In this document: positions 23,604 to 32,000 of the stretch, in pieces
Layout: each line of letters opens with the position of its first letter
Position numbering within the stretch: position 1 is the first letter of the stretch
Source: Candidatus Thalassarchaeaceae archaeon
GTDB lineage: Archaea > Thermoplasmatota > Poseidoniia > Poseidoniales > Thalassarchaeaceae
DNA: 32,000 bases
Assembly (NCBI GenBank): GCA_045568075.1
Contig: JBJLBP010000001.1
Coordinates: 750,001 to 782,000, forward strand
Direction of reading: 5' to 3'
The notes under the pieces: model-generated
Databases searched by the model: none
What the model was told of the DNA's origin: nothing
The model's input: the letters and a program-made list of their open reading frames with translations, nothing else
Made by a program: the position numbers and the translations under genes

Positions 23604-23705
23604 GTTGAGAGTCGCTATGAGTGCCAAACAGCCAACACTCCAAGCCTCCCTGCGCCGGCGTAATCCTCTTGACCCAGCAATCGGAGCATGTAGCGAGGTT
23701 GGCCC

Positions 23706-25508
23706 ATGAGTGCGAGATTCGAAGCAGTTGCTCTGAAGAAATTGCAGGAGATTATGCAGTCCCAAGGAATCAGCGCTGAAGCTGTGTTCGCAAAGTATGA
23801 CATCAATGGAGATGGCTCTCTAGATGTCACTGAATTCAACGCAGCTATCTCTTCGATCACTGGTCAAAATGCTCCGGACGCGATCGTCCGCGCAGTATTT
23901 TCAGCCCTCGACTCTGATGGTAACGCATCCCTCGATATTTCTGAGTTATTGGCCTTAGTCGAAGGAGGCCAGTCCGCTCACGTCACAGGAGAGGTGAACG
24001 GAGCGGAGATTTCGGGACATTCTAATTCGGATTACAACGGATTGTATAACAAGCAAGACGGCTTAATTAACGACTATCCTTGGTTCAAAAAGCCGAATGG
24101 TCAGGTTCTCTTTCACTACGACGGTGGTGATGGAGGTGCTCGTTCATGGAGCCTTCATTCATCCCCTGTTGATGGTAGCAAAGACCTCTACGACGGAGGC
24201 TGGACAAGACCGCCGTCATCGGGTGAAATTCCCTTTGGAACGCGAAGGTGGGTTGGAGTTGGAATGCTCACTATCAGTGCTGTTGGTGAGCGCTCAACGC
24301 CGAGCGCACTTGAGGCTGAGGGAGAAGATACAAGTGAGATCCGAATCGAGTTACAGAAGGGCAAATATCCCTCTTATGAGCGAATTAAGGTCGACTTCAC
24401 AAGCCCTCTTCTAACAGATGAATCTTGGCTGGGAATCGTTCCTGCAGATGTTAGTCACGGCGAAGAATGGGTGAATCGGCAGAGCCGTCTCTCTCACATT
24501 TTGATGGCTGGACAGACAATCGGAACACATACTTTCGATAATCCCGGTCCGGGCGATTGGACGATCCGATTGAACGACTCATCCGATTCTGGTAAAGAAC
24601 TCGCATATGTCGAATTCACTGTCGAAGCCGCTACAGAACCACGAATTGCTGAAGTCGCTTCCCCACCGATTGATTTCATGAAGGATGGAACTGTTCTCGA
24701 TGCTGAATTTGCAAAGGAACTGGAAAATCTTGTTGCGAACCCTGAATCTACAATAGAATCGGTTCGCGCACAAGCAGATGTGATCGCGGAAGAGAAGATC
24801 AACGAATTGCCTTTCCTCTTCCGCTCACCTGCGAGTAGGATGTGGGATTCAAATGCAGATTCAATCCTCGCGAAAATCCGCGGAAATTTACCTCCACCTG
24901 AGGACTTCGCAAAGGCCGCCGCCGTCGCAGGAGCGGTTGGAGTGGGCGCTGCGGCAGTAGCAGCACAAGCAGGTATGCAAGCTCAATCTCCGCAGGAAGC
25001 GATAGTCGGTGCGGTTGTTGACACAGTCATCAACCAAACAGCCGGTGCGGTGCTCGAAAGCGTCGCCCCCGTAGCTGAAGCACCGCCAGCTGATCCAGAA
25101 CCAATTCCAGAACCCGAACCTGTTGCGACCCCTGCTGCAGAACTTGAAACGGCCGCTACTGCGGCAGTGGACTCTGGCGGCCTCGACCTCGAAGACGTCA
25201 CCCGCCGACTGACTGAGGCTCGATTCCTCAATGATCAAATCGCTGTAGTTGCCTCAACCGAGGGTCTGACGACCTCTGCCATAGTCCATATCCACAGCCT
25301 TGAGAGAACTTTCTCGATAGGTATCGATGATGCTTACCGCGGTGGTCAGACAATCGTCGGCAGCATCGATGGTGTAGGTGAGGTGGAAGTCCACCTAAAG
25401 GCAAACGCCGACACAAGCGATTACACCAATCACCACACAGAGACTTTCACGGTCTCCGTCCACAAGTGGAACGGAATCCGTAAGCGTATCGAACTGAACG
25501 CGCAATAA
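23706..25508 (+). CDS. EF-hand pair protein with large uncharacterised body (600 aa, no signal peptide)
   Basis: Two canonical 12-residue loops: DINGDGSLDVTE and DSDGNASLDISE. The remainder has no motif I recognise. It includes an Ala/Gly/Val-rich hydrophobic stretch AAAVAGAVGVGAAAVAAQAG and a Pro/Glu linker PADPEPIPEPEP. Confidence 0.6.
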   Translation: MSARFEAVALKKLQEIMQSQGISAEAVFAKYDINGDGSLDVTEFNAAISSITGQNAPDAIVRAVFSALDSDGNASLDISELLALVEGGQSAHVTGEVNGAEISGHSNSDYNGLYNKQDGLINDYPWFKKPNGQVLFHYDGGDGGARSWSLHSSPVDGSKDLYDGGWTRPPSSGEIPFGTRRWVGVGMLTISAVGERSTPSALEAEGEDTSEIRIELQKGKYPSYERIKVDFTSPLLTDESWLGIVPADVSHGEEWVNRQSRLSHILMAGQTIGTHTFDNPGPGDWTIRLNDSSDSGKELAYVEFTVEAATEPRIAEVASPPIDFMKDGTVLDAEFAKELENLVANPESTIESVRAQADVIAEEKINELPFLFRSPASRMWDSNADSILAKIRGNLPPPEDFAKAAAVAGAVGVGAAAVAAQAGMQAQSPQEAIVGAVVDTVINQTAGAVLESVAPVAEAPPADPEPIPEPEPVATPAAELETAATAAVDSGGLDLEDVTRRLTEARFLNDQIAVVASTEGLTTSAIVHIHSLERTFSIGIDDAYRGGQTIVGSIDGVGEVEVHLKANADTSDYTNHHTETFTVSVHKWNGIRKRIELNAQ

Positions 25509-25523
25509 TCTGACTGCGGCTGT

Positions 25524-26438
25524 TCAATGACCGGCAAACTCGAATGCTTCGCCGAGCATTTCTTCGAGACTAATCTGTGGCGAGAATCCAAGTCGCATCT
25601 CAAGATCTCGTGCATCGACGACTCCGAAGACTTCCTGTGACTCATCTTGCCCGAGTTCCAATTCGCAACCTGATTTTTGATTGAAGATTCCGCCAAGGTC
25701 ATTCATACTGATCGCTTTACCTGACCCAACAGCCATGCTCTCGCGAGTTGGTGGAGGATTCTCAAGGACGGCACCGATGACTGCAGCAATATCCTGGACG
25801 TGAACGAAATCCTTCACTCCGCTCCCGTCCCCTGGCACATTCACCCATCCCATCATGCATTCTTGCGCCCACTTGTGCAACAATCCGTTTGCCTCAGAGC
25901 CATCGATGTGAACACCTTGAACATTCGAGGCACGGATGATACTCACTGGGCGCTCGGCTTGTGCACGCTCAAGGGCCATTTCTTCCATCCAAAGCTGGCC
26001 CTCGGCTGCCACGTCTCGTGGTGCAAGAGTGGAATCATTGCCGTAATACGGCTCGTCTGGTTCCCACTGAGGATGAACTCTCAGAGTTCCAACGATAATC
26101 AGATGCAGCCCGCCGTGCCTGTCGACCGCGTCGAGAATCGGTCGCGATTGCTCGCGCATTCGCAGCAATGTTTCGCGGTCGTCTCTACCCAGCGTTGAAT
26201 CAACTGGTTTGGAATTGATATGGATTATCGCTGTGCAGGAGGTCAATAGCGCATCTAGTACTATCGTATTTTCCAAGGCCTCTGGAGGCACGGGAACAGC
26301 CGAATCACCAAGCATCTCGATGATGTATGGAGCGACGAAGTGGTCGGGGGCACTCACTGCGACCTTCATTCGAACACCAATCCTGACCTTCTCCATCAAC
26401 CTAAGAGTGTGTCGGTTGGAGGTGTTTGATTCGCTCAT
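25524..26438 (-). CDS. Atypical extended-SDR (NAD-dependent epimerase/dehydratase-like) protein with degenerate cofactor and catalytic motifs
   Basis: C-terminal half matches the epimerase pattern (IIRASNVQGVH ... GDGSGVKDFVHVQDIAAVI). The N-terminal MKVAVSAPDHFVAPYIIEML replaces TGxxGxxG. The position expected for YxxxK reads P-R-D-V-A-A-E-G by eye. Candidate starts are 26438, 26396 and 26369; the ORF is open to 26705 but would then overlap gcvPA. Confidence 0.55.
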   Translation of the reverse strand: MSESNTSNRHTLRLMEKVRIGVRMKVAVSAPDHFVAPYIIEMLGDSAVPVPPEALENTIVLDALLTSCTAIIHINSKPVDSTLGRDDRETLLRMREQSRPILDAVDRHGGLHLIIVGTLRVHPQWEPDEPYYGNDSTLAPRDVAAEGQLWMEEMALERAQAERPVSIIRASNVQGVHIDGSEANGLLHKWAQECMMGWVNVPGDGSGVKDFVHVQDIAAVIGAVLENPPPTRESMAVGSGKAISMNDLGGIFNQKSGCELELGQDESQEVFGVVDARDLEMRLGFSPQISLEEMLGEAFEFAGH

Positions 26439-26500
26439 CGAACCTTTCAAGCACTCTCCGTAATACAGTAGTTCTGCCTTTGGGCATGAGGGGCTCGCGG

Positions 26501-27868
26501 ATGGACCAATTACCGAATCTTGGAAGAGAGCAGGAGATGCTCTCAGTAATGGGCTTTGAGACAATAAATGACTTGTTTTCGGACATCCCTGATGGTGTGC
26601 TTCGTACGGGTGGACTTCCTCTACGTGGCCCACAATCAGAGGAAGAAATCTGGGCTGATGCACAGCATTTACTTGGCGCGAATATCGACTTAGATTCGCG
26701 CCCATCTTTTCTTTCAGCGGGCTTGGCTCGAAACTTCGTTCCGACGATGGTCGGTATGCTGGCTACGCGAGGGGAGTTCCTCACCTCTTACACTCCTTAC
26801 CAGCCAGAGGTTTCTCAGGGTATGCTGCAGGCGATGTGGGAATTTCAGACAATGGTTTCCGAGCTTGTCGGTTTACCAGTCGCTAATGTTTCAATGTATG
26901 ATGCGAGTACGGCTGCTGCTGAGGCAATCACTTGTGCTGTGCGAGTGAAGAATCGCAAGGCCACTCAGAAGGGTGTTGTCTATGTCTCACAATTCGTTCC
27001 CCCTCACCGACTTTCAGTGATTGAGAATTACACGCAGGGCGGTGGGATTGAACTGCGTGTGCTCGAGCATGGGATCGATGGCCGAGTTGACTTGGCAGGG
27101 GCTGCTGCTGCTGCGGGGGCTTGTGCTGTATATGTCGAGCAGCCGAATGCATTCGGTGAGTTGGATACGGGAATTGCTCAATTAAAGGAGATAATTGGTG
27201 AGAAAACCGCTCTAATTGTTGGCGTTGATGCTGTCTCGCTAGGGATTGTCGAAGCTCCTGGTGTTTACGGAGCTGATCTCGTAGTTGGTGAGGGCCAGCC
27301 CTTCGGGATTGGTCCAACTGCCGGAGGGCCGATTTACGGCTTGTTCGCATGCTCTAAGGAATACCTACGACAGATGCCAGGCCGAATTGTTGGCAAGACT
27401 GTTGATGAGGATGGTTTGGATGCTTTCACATTGACTCTATCTACGCGCGAGCAGCACATTCGTCGTCATCGCGCGACCTCGAATATTTGTTCTAATGAGA
27501 CGCTCATTGCACTGATGGGCGCGATGCACATGGCTTTGCTCGGGCCCGAGGGACTTGAGCGTCTAGCGCTTCGTATTGCTGCTGCCGCAGAAGCAACAAA
27601 ACAGGCTGTTTGTTCTATTGAGGGGGTCGAGTTAGCCGACCCCGATATGCCGATCTTCCGTGAATTCACCATCAAACTTCCAGGTGATGCCGCTGCGGCT
27701 GTTGCACACATGGATGATGCCGGTGTTCTCGGTGGCTTCGCCTTGGGTGAGTGGTGGGAATCGATGTCGAATTGTCTCTTAATCGGTTGCGATGAGAGGA
27801 CTAGCCAGACGGATATTGATGCGCTCGTCGCCGCTCTATCATCATGGGTTTCGGAGGTGAGCGCTTGA
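26501..27868 (+). CDS. gcvPA: Glycine dehydrogenase (decarboxylating) subunit 1
   Basis: MDQLPNLGREQEMLSVMGFETINDLFSDIP ... FLSAGLARNFVP ... EFLTSYTPYQPEVSQGMLQAMWEFQTMV ... ATSNICSNETL is canonical P-protein alpha. I prefer ATG 26501. Confidence 0.9.
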   Translation: MDQLPNLGREQEMLSVMGFETINDLFSDIPDGVLRTGGLPLRGPQSEEEIWADAQHLLGANIDLDSRPSFLSAGLARNFVPTMVGMLATRGEFLTSYTPYQPEVSQGMLQAMWEFQTMVSELVGLPVANVSMYDASTAAAEAITCAVRVKNRKATQKGVVYVSQFVPPHRLSVIENYTQGGGIELRVLEHGIDGRVDLAGAAAAAGACAVYVEQPNAFGELDTGIAQLKEIIGEKTALIVGVDAVSLGIVEAPGVYGADLVVGEGQPFGIGPTAGGPIYGLFACSKEYLRQMPGRIVGKTVDEDGLDAFTLTLSTREQHIRRHRATSNICSNETLIALMGAMHMALLGPEGLERLALRIAAAAEATKQAVCSIEGVELADPDMPIFREFTIKLPGDAAAAVAHMDDAGVLGGFALGEWWESMSNCLLIGCDERTSQTDIDALVAALSSWVSEVSA

Positions 27869-29352
27869 GCGATATCTACCAATTCAACGGTGCGGCTGGC
27901 ACCGGATGGTCTCAGCCCGCACCGATTATGGAGGGGGCCGGAGAGACAGTTCCCGCAAGCCTGCGAAGGGCCCGCCTGCCTCGCTGGCCACGCGCCAGTG
28001 AGCCCGAACTTGTGCGCCACTATACTTTGCTCTCACAGCGTAATTTCGGCATCGATACCGGATTCTATCCGCTCGGTTCGTGTACGATGAAGCATAACCC
28101 CCGTATCAACGAGAGAATCGTCCAACTCCCCGGTATCGACCGCATCCACCCACTTCAGCCCGAGCATCAGATTCAGGGGCTACTCTCGATTTTCTATGAG
28201 ATGCAGGAGATGCTCGAGATTTGCTCCGGCATGGATCAAGTCACACTGCAACCGGTTGCCGGCGCACAAGGTGAATTCGCAGCGATGAGATGCATTCAGG
28301 AATATCATCGCGAAAGTGGCCAGGAACAAAGAGACAAGGTAATTGTCCCTGATTCCGCACATGGCACAAACCCCGCTTCAGCAGCAATGTGTGGCTACGA
28401 AATAATTGAAATTCCAAGCGGTGAAGATGGCCGACTCAACCTTGAGGCGCTGCGCGCAGCAGTTGGAGATGATACAGCTGCGATGATGATTACCAATCCT
28501 AGCACCCTTGGCGTATTCGAACCAGAAATCGCCGAAGCCGCAGAAATCGTTCATTCAGCCGGTGGGCAAATGTACTACGATGGAGCGAACTTCAACGCCA
28601 TCCTTGGGAAAACTGACCCCGGCAGAATGGGCTTCGACGCAGTCCACTACAATCTCCACAAGACCTTCAGTCAGCCTCACGGAGGAGGTGGGCCAGGCAG
28701 TGGTCCAATTGGAGTGAAAGCACATCTAGCAAAATACCTACCAGCCCCGCTCGCCGATCGTGAGGAAGCAAGCGATGGAGGAGCAACCGGTGATGGATAC
28801 CGTTACTTCTGGCGTAATCCGGAGAATACTATTGGAAAGGTCCAGCAGTGGCACGGAAATTCTGGAGCAGTAGTCCGAGCATGGGCATTCTACCGACGCT
28901 ACGGGCGTGAATTAGAGCGTATGAGCGAGCACGCAGTTCTCAATGCAAATTATCTCCGACATCGCATTATGCAAGGTGCTGAAGGAGTCCACGCAATGCC
29001 GCTCGACGGAGCACCGGCAAAAGTAGTCAAGCACGAATTTACACTCTCGATGAGCCCACTCAAGGAAGTAGTCGGAGTCACAGCCAAAGACATTGCAAAA
29101 CGTCTGCTAGACTATGGATACATGTCACCTACACTGTACTTCCCGATGATTGTCCCGGAGTGTTTGATGATCGAGCCTACCGAGACTGAATCGAAGGAAG
29201 TTCTCGACAAATTCGCCGAAGATTTCCTCAAGATACTCGGCGAAGATCCAGAACTCATAATCACCGCGCCGCACACAACCGATGTGCGTCGTGTCGACGA
29301 AGTCCTCGCAGCGCGCTCCCTCGTCCTCAAACATCCATTCGACGAGGAATGA
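27844..29352 (+). CDS. gcvPB: Glycine dehydrogenase (decarboxylating) subunit 2
   Basis: LVRHYTLLSQRNFGIDTGFYPLGSCTMKHNP ... PDSAHGTNPASA ... NLHKTFSQPHGGGGPG (PLP lysine) ... MIEPTETESKE. Alternative start TTG 27865 overlaps the gcvPA stop and has GGAGGTGA just upstream. Confidence 0.9.
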   Translation: MGFGGERLSDIYQFNGAAGTGWSQPAPIMEGAGETVPASLRRARLPRWPRASEPELVRHYTLLSQRNFGIDTGFYPLGSCTMKHNPRINERIVQLPGIDRIHPLQPEHQIQGLLSIFYEMQEMLEICSGMDQVTLQPVAGAQGEFAAMRCIQEYHRESGQEQRDKVIVPDSAHGTNPASAAMCGYEIIEIPSGEDGRLNLEALRAAVGDDTAAMMITNPSTLGVFEPEIAEAAEIVHSAGGQMYYDGANFNAILGKTDPGRMGFDAVHYNLHKTFSQPHGGGGPGSGPIGVKAHLAKYLPAPLADREEASDGGATGDGYRYFWRNPENTIGKVQQWHGNSGAVVRAWAFYRRYGRELERMSEHAVLNANYLRHRIMQGAEGVHAMPLDGAPAKVVKHEFTLSMSPLKEVVGVTAKDIAKRLLDYGYMSPTLYFPMIVPECLMIEPTETESKEVLDKFAEDFLKILGEDPELIITAPHTTDVRRVDEVLAARSLVLKHPFDEE

Positions 29353-29410
29353 GCGTACGAAACCCCGAGTATCGGCGCGAACCAAATACGAGCGGCCCAA
29401 CGCAAGCACG

Positions 29411-30268
29411 ATGCAGGCCGCTCGCGACTCCGACTGGCTGGCGGGAGAGGAACGTTGGTACCCAGCCAGTGAATCAGTCCCTGAGTCGCTTGCAGGTGAA
29501 GTCAATCCGCCGGAGTCTTGGAGCGTTACTGACCACCGTGAAGGCGGACGAGGTTGGATGCGACAACGTTTGCAGCCCCTTGGGCCAATGATTCTCTACA
29601 CAACTGCTTGGGCACCTTTTTTCCTTATTGCATCGCTCGCGCCTCTGATATTTCCAGGTAATACCCCTGATGACCAAAATGTGGCTCTGGCATTTTTTGC
29701 AATCAGTTGGTTACTCCTGTTCGTTCCATTTTCAAAGCTGCGCGACGGATTAGAAAATCGAGCCCGCGCAAACCTTCTCGACCTCTATCCATTTGAAGCG
29801 GGGTTGATGGTTCTGGGAACTATTCTGTTCTTGCTGCATGTGATTATCGACCCAAGATTTGGTGGTTTTTCGTTCGCATTTTTTGCTTATGCACAATATC
29901 GGACCATCAGCAATATCACAGTCAGTGCCGGGCATAATTCTGCACGCTGGTTACTCCCCATCGAATCCTCCGACTTCTCCAAAAACATCCTCTCGCAGGG
30001 CTGGGTAGAAGTTTCGGCTGGATTCCGTAACGGCCCGTTGGCACAATGGGATGGGCCGTTACCTGAGTACGCTGCGGACCTCACAGGAGTCACTCGCGGA
30101 GACTCTACTTTCGTGGCTTTCACTCTCAAACACAGAGGAGGGACGCTGCATGATCCATTTTCTGAGAAGTTGGTTGAGAAGCAGGCCTTCGCCGAGTTAT
30201 TTTCATCCCCTCCGCTGGTCATCGCGGGCGAGGCTTGGCCCGAGAGATTCATCGCTCCAGCCGAGTAG
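29411..30268 (+). CDS. Hypothetical integral membrane protein (about 4 TM) with soluble C-terminal domain
   Basis: ATG 29411, the first ATG after the gcvPB stop. Hydrophobic helices: MILYTTAWAPFFLIASLAPLIF, VALAFFAISWLLLFVPF, AGLMVLGTILFLLHVII, FGGFSFAFFAYA. No family recognised. Confidence 0.5.
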   Translation: MQAARDSDWLAGEERWYPASESVPESLAGEVNPPESWSVTDHREGGRGWMRQRLQPLGPMILYTTAWAPFFLIASLAPLIFPGNTPDDQNVALAFFAISWLLLFVPFSKLRDGLENRARANLLDLYPFEAGLMVLGTILFLLHVIIDPRFGGFSFAFFAYAQYRTISNITVSAGHNSARWLLPIESSDFSKNILSQGWVEVSAGFRNGPLAQWDGPLPEYAADLTGVTRGDSTFVAFTLKHRGGTLHDPFSEKLVEKQAFAELFSSPPLVIAGEAWPERFIAPAE

Positions 30269-30331
30269 TGACTCATTTACGGGAGTCGGGCCATTCGGCA
30301 GGCATTTGAACCGACCGTGGCCCGCTGTGGC

Positions 30332-30805
30332 ATGGACATTTGTGTTGTTCTGGGCTCCAAGTCCGACATGCCAATCGCCGAGAAGTGCCGAAGCGTGCTC
30401 GACAAGTTCGATGTGAACTACGAGATACGCGTAGCTTCGGCGCACCGCGCGCCTAAGTATCTCGAGGGAATCATCGAGGCGGCTCAGGCTGATGGCTGCC
30501 AGGTTTTCATCGGAATGGCTGGTGTGGCAGCCGCCCTACCCGGCGTCATCGCCTCGATGACAACAAAGCCGGTAATCGGCGTTCCAGTCGGTGGCAAAGT
30601 TCCTCTAGACTCACTTCTGTCAATAGTTCAGATGCCACCTGGAATGCCGGTCGCCACCGTAGGTGTCGACCGCGGAGATAATGCTGGGGCTCTCGCTGTG
30701 CAAATCCTAGCTACTTCCAACGACGCGCTCGCTGCAGCCTACTCGGATTACAGATCAGCGATGACCGCGAAGGTAATCTCAGACGACGAGTCAATCCAAG
30801 GGTGA
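30332..30805 (+). CDS. purE: PurE (5-(carboxyamino)imidazole ribonucleotide mutase / AIR carboxylase catalytic subunit)
   Basis: [14 protein letters not shown]...[12 protein letters not shown]...[29 protein letters not shown]...[18 protein letters not shown] is canonical PurE. Confidence 0.9.
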   Translation: MDICVVLGSKSDMPIAEKCRSVLDKFDVNYEIRVASAHRAPKYLEGIIEAAQADGCQVFIGMAGVAAALPGVIASMTTKPVIGVPVGGKVPLDSLLSIVQMPPGMPVATVGVDRGDNAGALAVQILATSNDALAAAYSDYRSAMTAKVISDDESIQG

Positions 30806-31758
30806 ATTCAATGATGAACACCCAGATGCTGGTCGACGAGGCCATTGAGGCTCTCGAATCACAAATCAATGATACAGCCATCATTGCTTGTTCAGGAGGG
30901 ATCGATAGCTCGGTGGCTGCAGTACTAGCTCACCGTGCTGTCGGAAGTCTGCTTCACTGCGTCTACGTCGATACCGGTTTCATGCGTAAGGGAGAGACTG
31001 AAGAAGTTCGTGAGATGTTCGCGGAGATGGACATTGAGCTCAAGGTTGTGGATGCATCGGAACGGTTTTTTCACCATCTTGAGGGAGTCACCGATCCAGA
31101 GCATAAGCGCAAGGTAATCGGTGAGCAATTCATTCGCGTCTTTGAGGAGGAACAGGCCAACTGCGGTGCTAAATTCCTAGTTCAAGGGACCATAGCGCCC
31201 GACTGGATTGAATCTGGTGGCGGTGAGCGGGATGTCATCAAGAGTCACCACAATGTTGGCGGTCTACCTGAGGATGTCGACTTAATCATCGTCGAACCTC
31301 TCCGCGAATTCTACAAGGACGAGGTTCGCCTAATCGCTCGCGAATTGAAGATTAAATCCAGCGAGCGGCAACCATTCCCAGGACCTGGCCTCGCCGTACG
31401 AGTCCTTGGTGATTTGACTCGTCCGCGCGTCGAGGCTTGCCGCGAAGCCTGTCACATCGTCGAAGTCCGGCTTCGCGAGGCAGCGGCTGAAGGTAAGTGC
31501 GAAATTCCGTGGCAATATTTCGCTGCCTTACTACCTGTGCGTTCCGTAGGGGTGCACGGAGATGCTCGCGTTCATGGCGAGACCATCGTCGTGCGCGCGG
31601 TGACAAGCCTCGATGGTATGTCCGCACGATACTCTGAGATTCCTCATGATGTCCTTGCTGGAATCAGCACCGAAATTACGAACAAGCTCAAGGGGCAAGT
31701 GAATCGAGTCGTTTACGACATCACTCACAAGCCACCAGGAACAATCGAGTGGGAGTGA
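30802..31758 (+). CDS. guaAB: GMP synthase subunit B (ATP pyrophosphatase domain; split archaeal GuaA)
   Basis: PP-loop [16 protein letters not shown], then [76 protein letters not shown] and a C-terminal ...KPPGTIEWE. At 318 aa there is no glutaminase domain. GTGA overlap with the purE stop. Confidence 0.9.
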   Translation: MNSMMNTQMLVDEAIEALESQINDTAIIACSGGIDSSVAAVLAHRAVGSLLHCVYVDTGFMRKGETEEVREMFAEMDIELKVVDASERFFHHLEGVTDPEHKRKVIGEQFIRVFEEEQANCGAKFLVQGTIAPDWIESGGGERDVIKSHHNVGGLPEDVDLIIVEPLREFYKDEVRLIARELKIKSSERQPFPGPGLAVRVLGDLTRPRVEACREACHIVEVRLREAAAEGKCEIPWQYFAALLPVRSVGVHGDARVHGETIVVRAVTSLDGMSARYSEIPHDVLAGISTEITNKLKGQVNRVVYDITHKPPGTIEWE

Positions 31759-31797
31759 GCCACGGCTCACTCCTTCAAGCACAGATTATTTCTTTTG
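31752..31797 (+). terminator. Putative guaAB terminator: 9-bp GC-rich hairpin spanning the stop codon, followed by a T-rich tract
   Basis: GGAGTGAGC-CACG-GCTCACTCC (31752-31773) contains TGA 31756-31758. TTATTTCTTTT follows at 31787-31797. Oligo-T tracts are the known archaeal termination signal. Confidence 0.4.
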
Positions 31798-31886
31798 AAG
31801 TGGCAAAGTTTGCCAACGGTTCAGGACTCCGAAGTGACTACTACTACCCGATTCTTTCATGAAGGGGAGAACCGGCGCAGGGCTGG

Positions 31887-31962
31887 GCCGACATAGCTTA
31901 GTTGGTGGAGCGGTGGACTGTTAATCCACAGGTCGCAGGTTCGAGTCCTGCTGTCGGCGCCA
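31887..31962 (+). tRNA. tRNA-Asn (anticodon GUU), 3' CCA encoded
   Basis: GCCGACA-TA-GCTT-AGTTGGTG-GAGC-G-GTGGA-CTGTTAA-TCCAC-AGGTC-GCAGG-TTCGAGT-CCTGC-TGTCGGC-G-CCA, 76 nt. Confidence 0.9.
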
Positions 31963-32000
31963 CTCAATCTCTACGTGCGAGAGCAGCTAGGCTCAGCATA

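Noticed and set aside
23617-23709. 30-codon sORF (MSAKQPTLQASLRRRNPLDPAIGACSEVGP) in the gcvT/EF-hand gap, with an ATGA overlap onto the EF-hand gene start
   Set aside because: The ATGA coupling is suggestive, but the peptide has no recognisable feature and I cannot assess conservation. I treat it as a 5' leader unless conservation or ribosome profiling says otherwise.
1-32000. Search for CRISPR arrays, transposases, integrases, IS ends, prophage genes, or tRNA-flanked islands with direct repeats
   Set aside because: I saw no regularly spaced repeats, no recombinase or transposase-like ORFs, and no duplicated tRNA 3' ends next to the four tRNAs. The accessory blocks look chromosomal.

Overview
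Archaeal chromosomal window. The assignment rests on a TFB/TFIIB homologue, archaeal-type PheRS alpha, a Nob1-like PIN/Zn-ribbon nuclease, a split GMP synthase subunit B, and short or leaderless promoter geometry. Predicted proteins are strongly acidic and many are secreted, which suggests a marine planktonic euryarchaeote (MGII/MGIII-like); that is inference only. Most of the window is housekeeping: a MoaD/ThiS-like fragment, TatA, a SufS-SufE-SufT-like set, FolD, PheS, TFB, glycine cleavage gcvT and gcvPA-gcvPB, PurE, GuaA subunit B, and four tRNAs (Glu-UUC, Thr-UGU, Ala-UGC, Asn-GUU), all with encoded CCA. I found no CRISPR array, transposase, integrase or recognisable defence gene. Two accessory blocks stand out. 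(1) 12.2-21.2 kb is a tightly coupled, entirely extracytoplasmic cluster. It holds two paralogous His-rich LVIVD-type beta-propellers, two tandem SCO1/SenC paralogs with large insertions, and two copies of a small family (signal peptide, mature N-terminal His, beta domain, C-terminal TM anchor). It also holds an Ig-like/YHYH protein split by one in-frame TAG. No known copper enzyme is nearby, so I read this as a candidate uncharacterised cell-surface copper-handling or oxidase system. (2) 1.6-5.9 kb holds a membrane-tethered double winged-helix regulator followed by a ~990-aa lipoprotein (3 PKD-like domains plus about 16 DxNxDG calcium-loop repeats). Both genes are preceded by the same 21-nt box just upstream of their TATA-like elements. 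All functional calls come from reading motifs in the translations; no database search was run.
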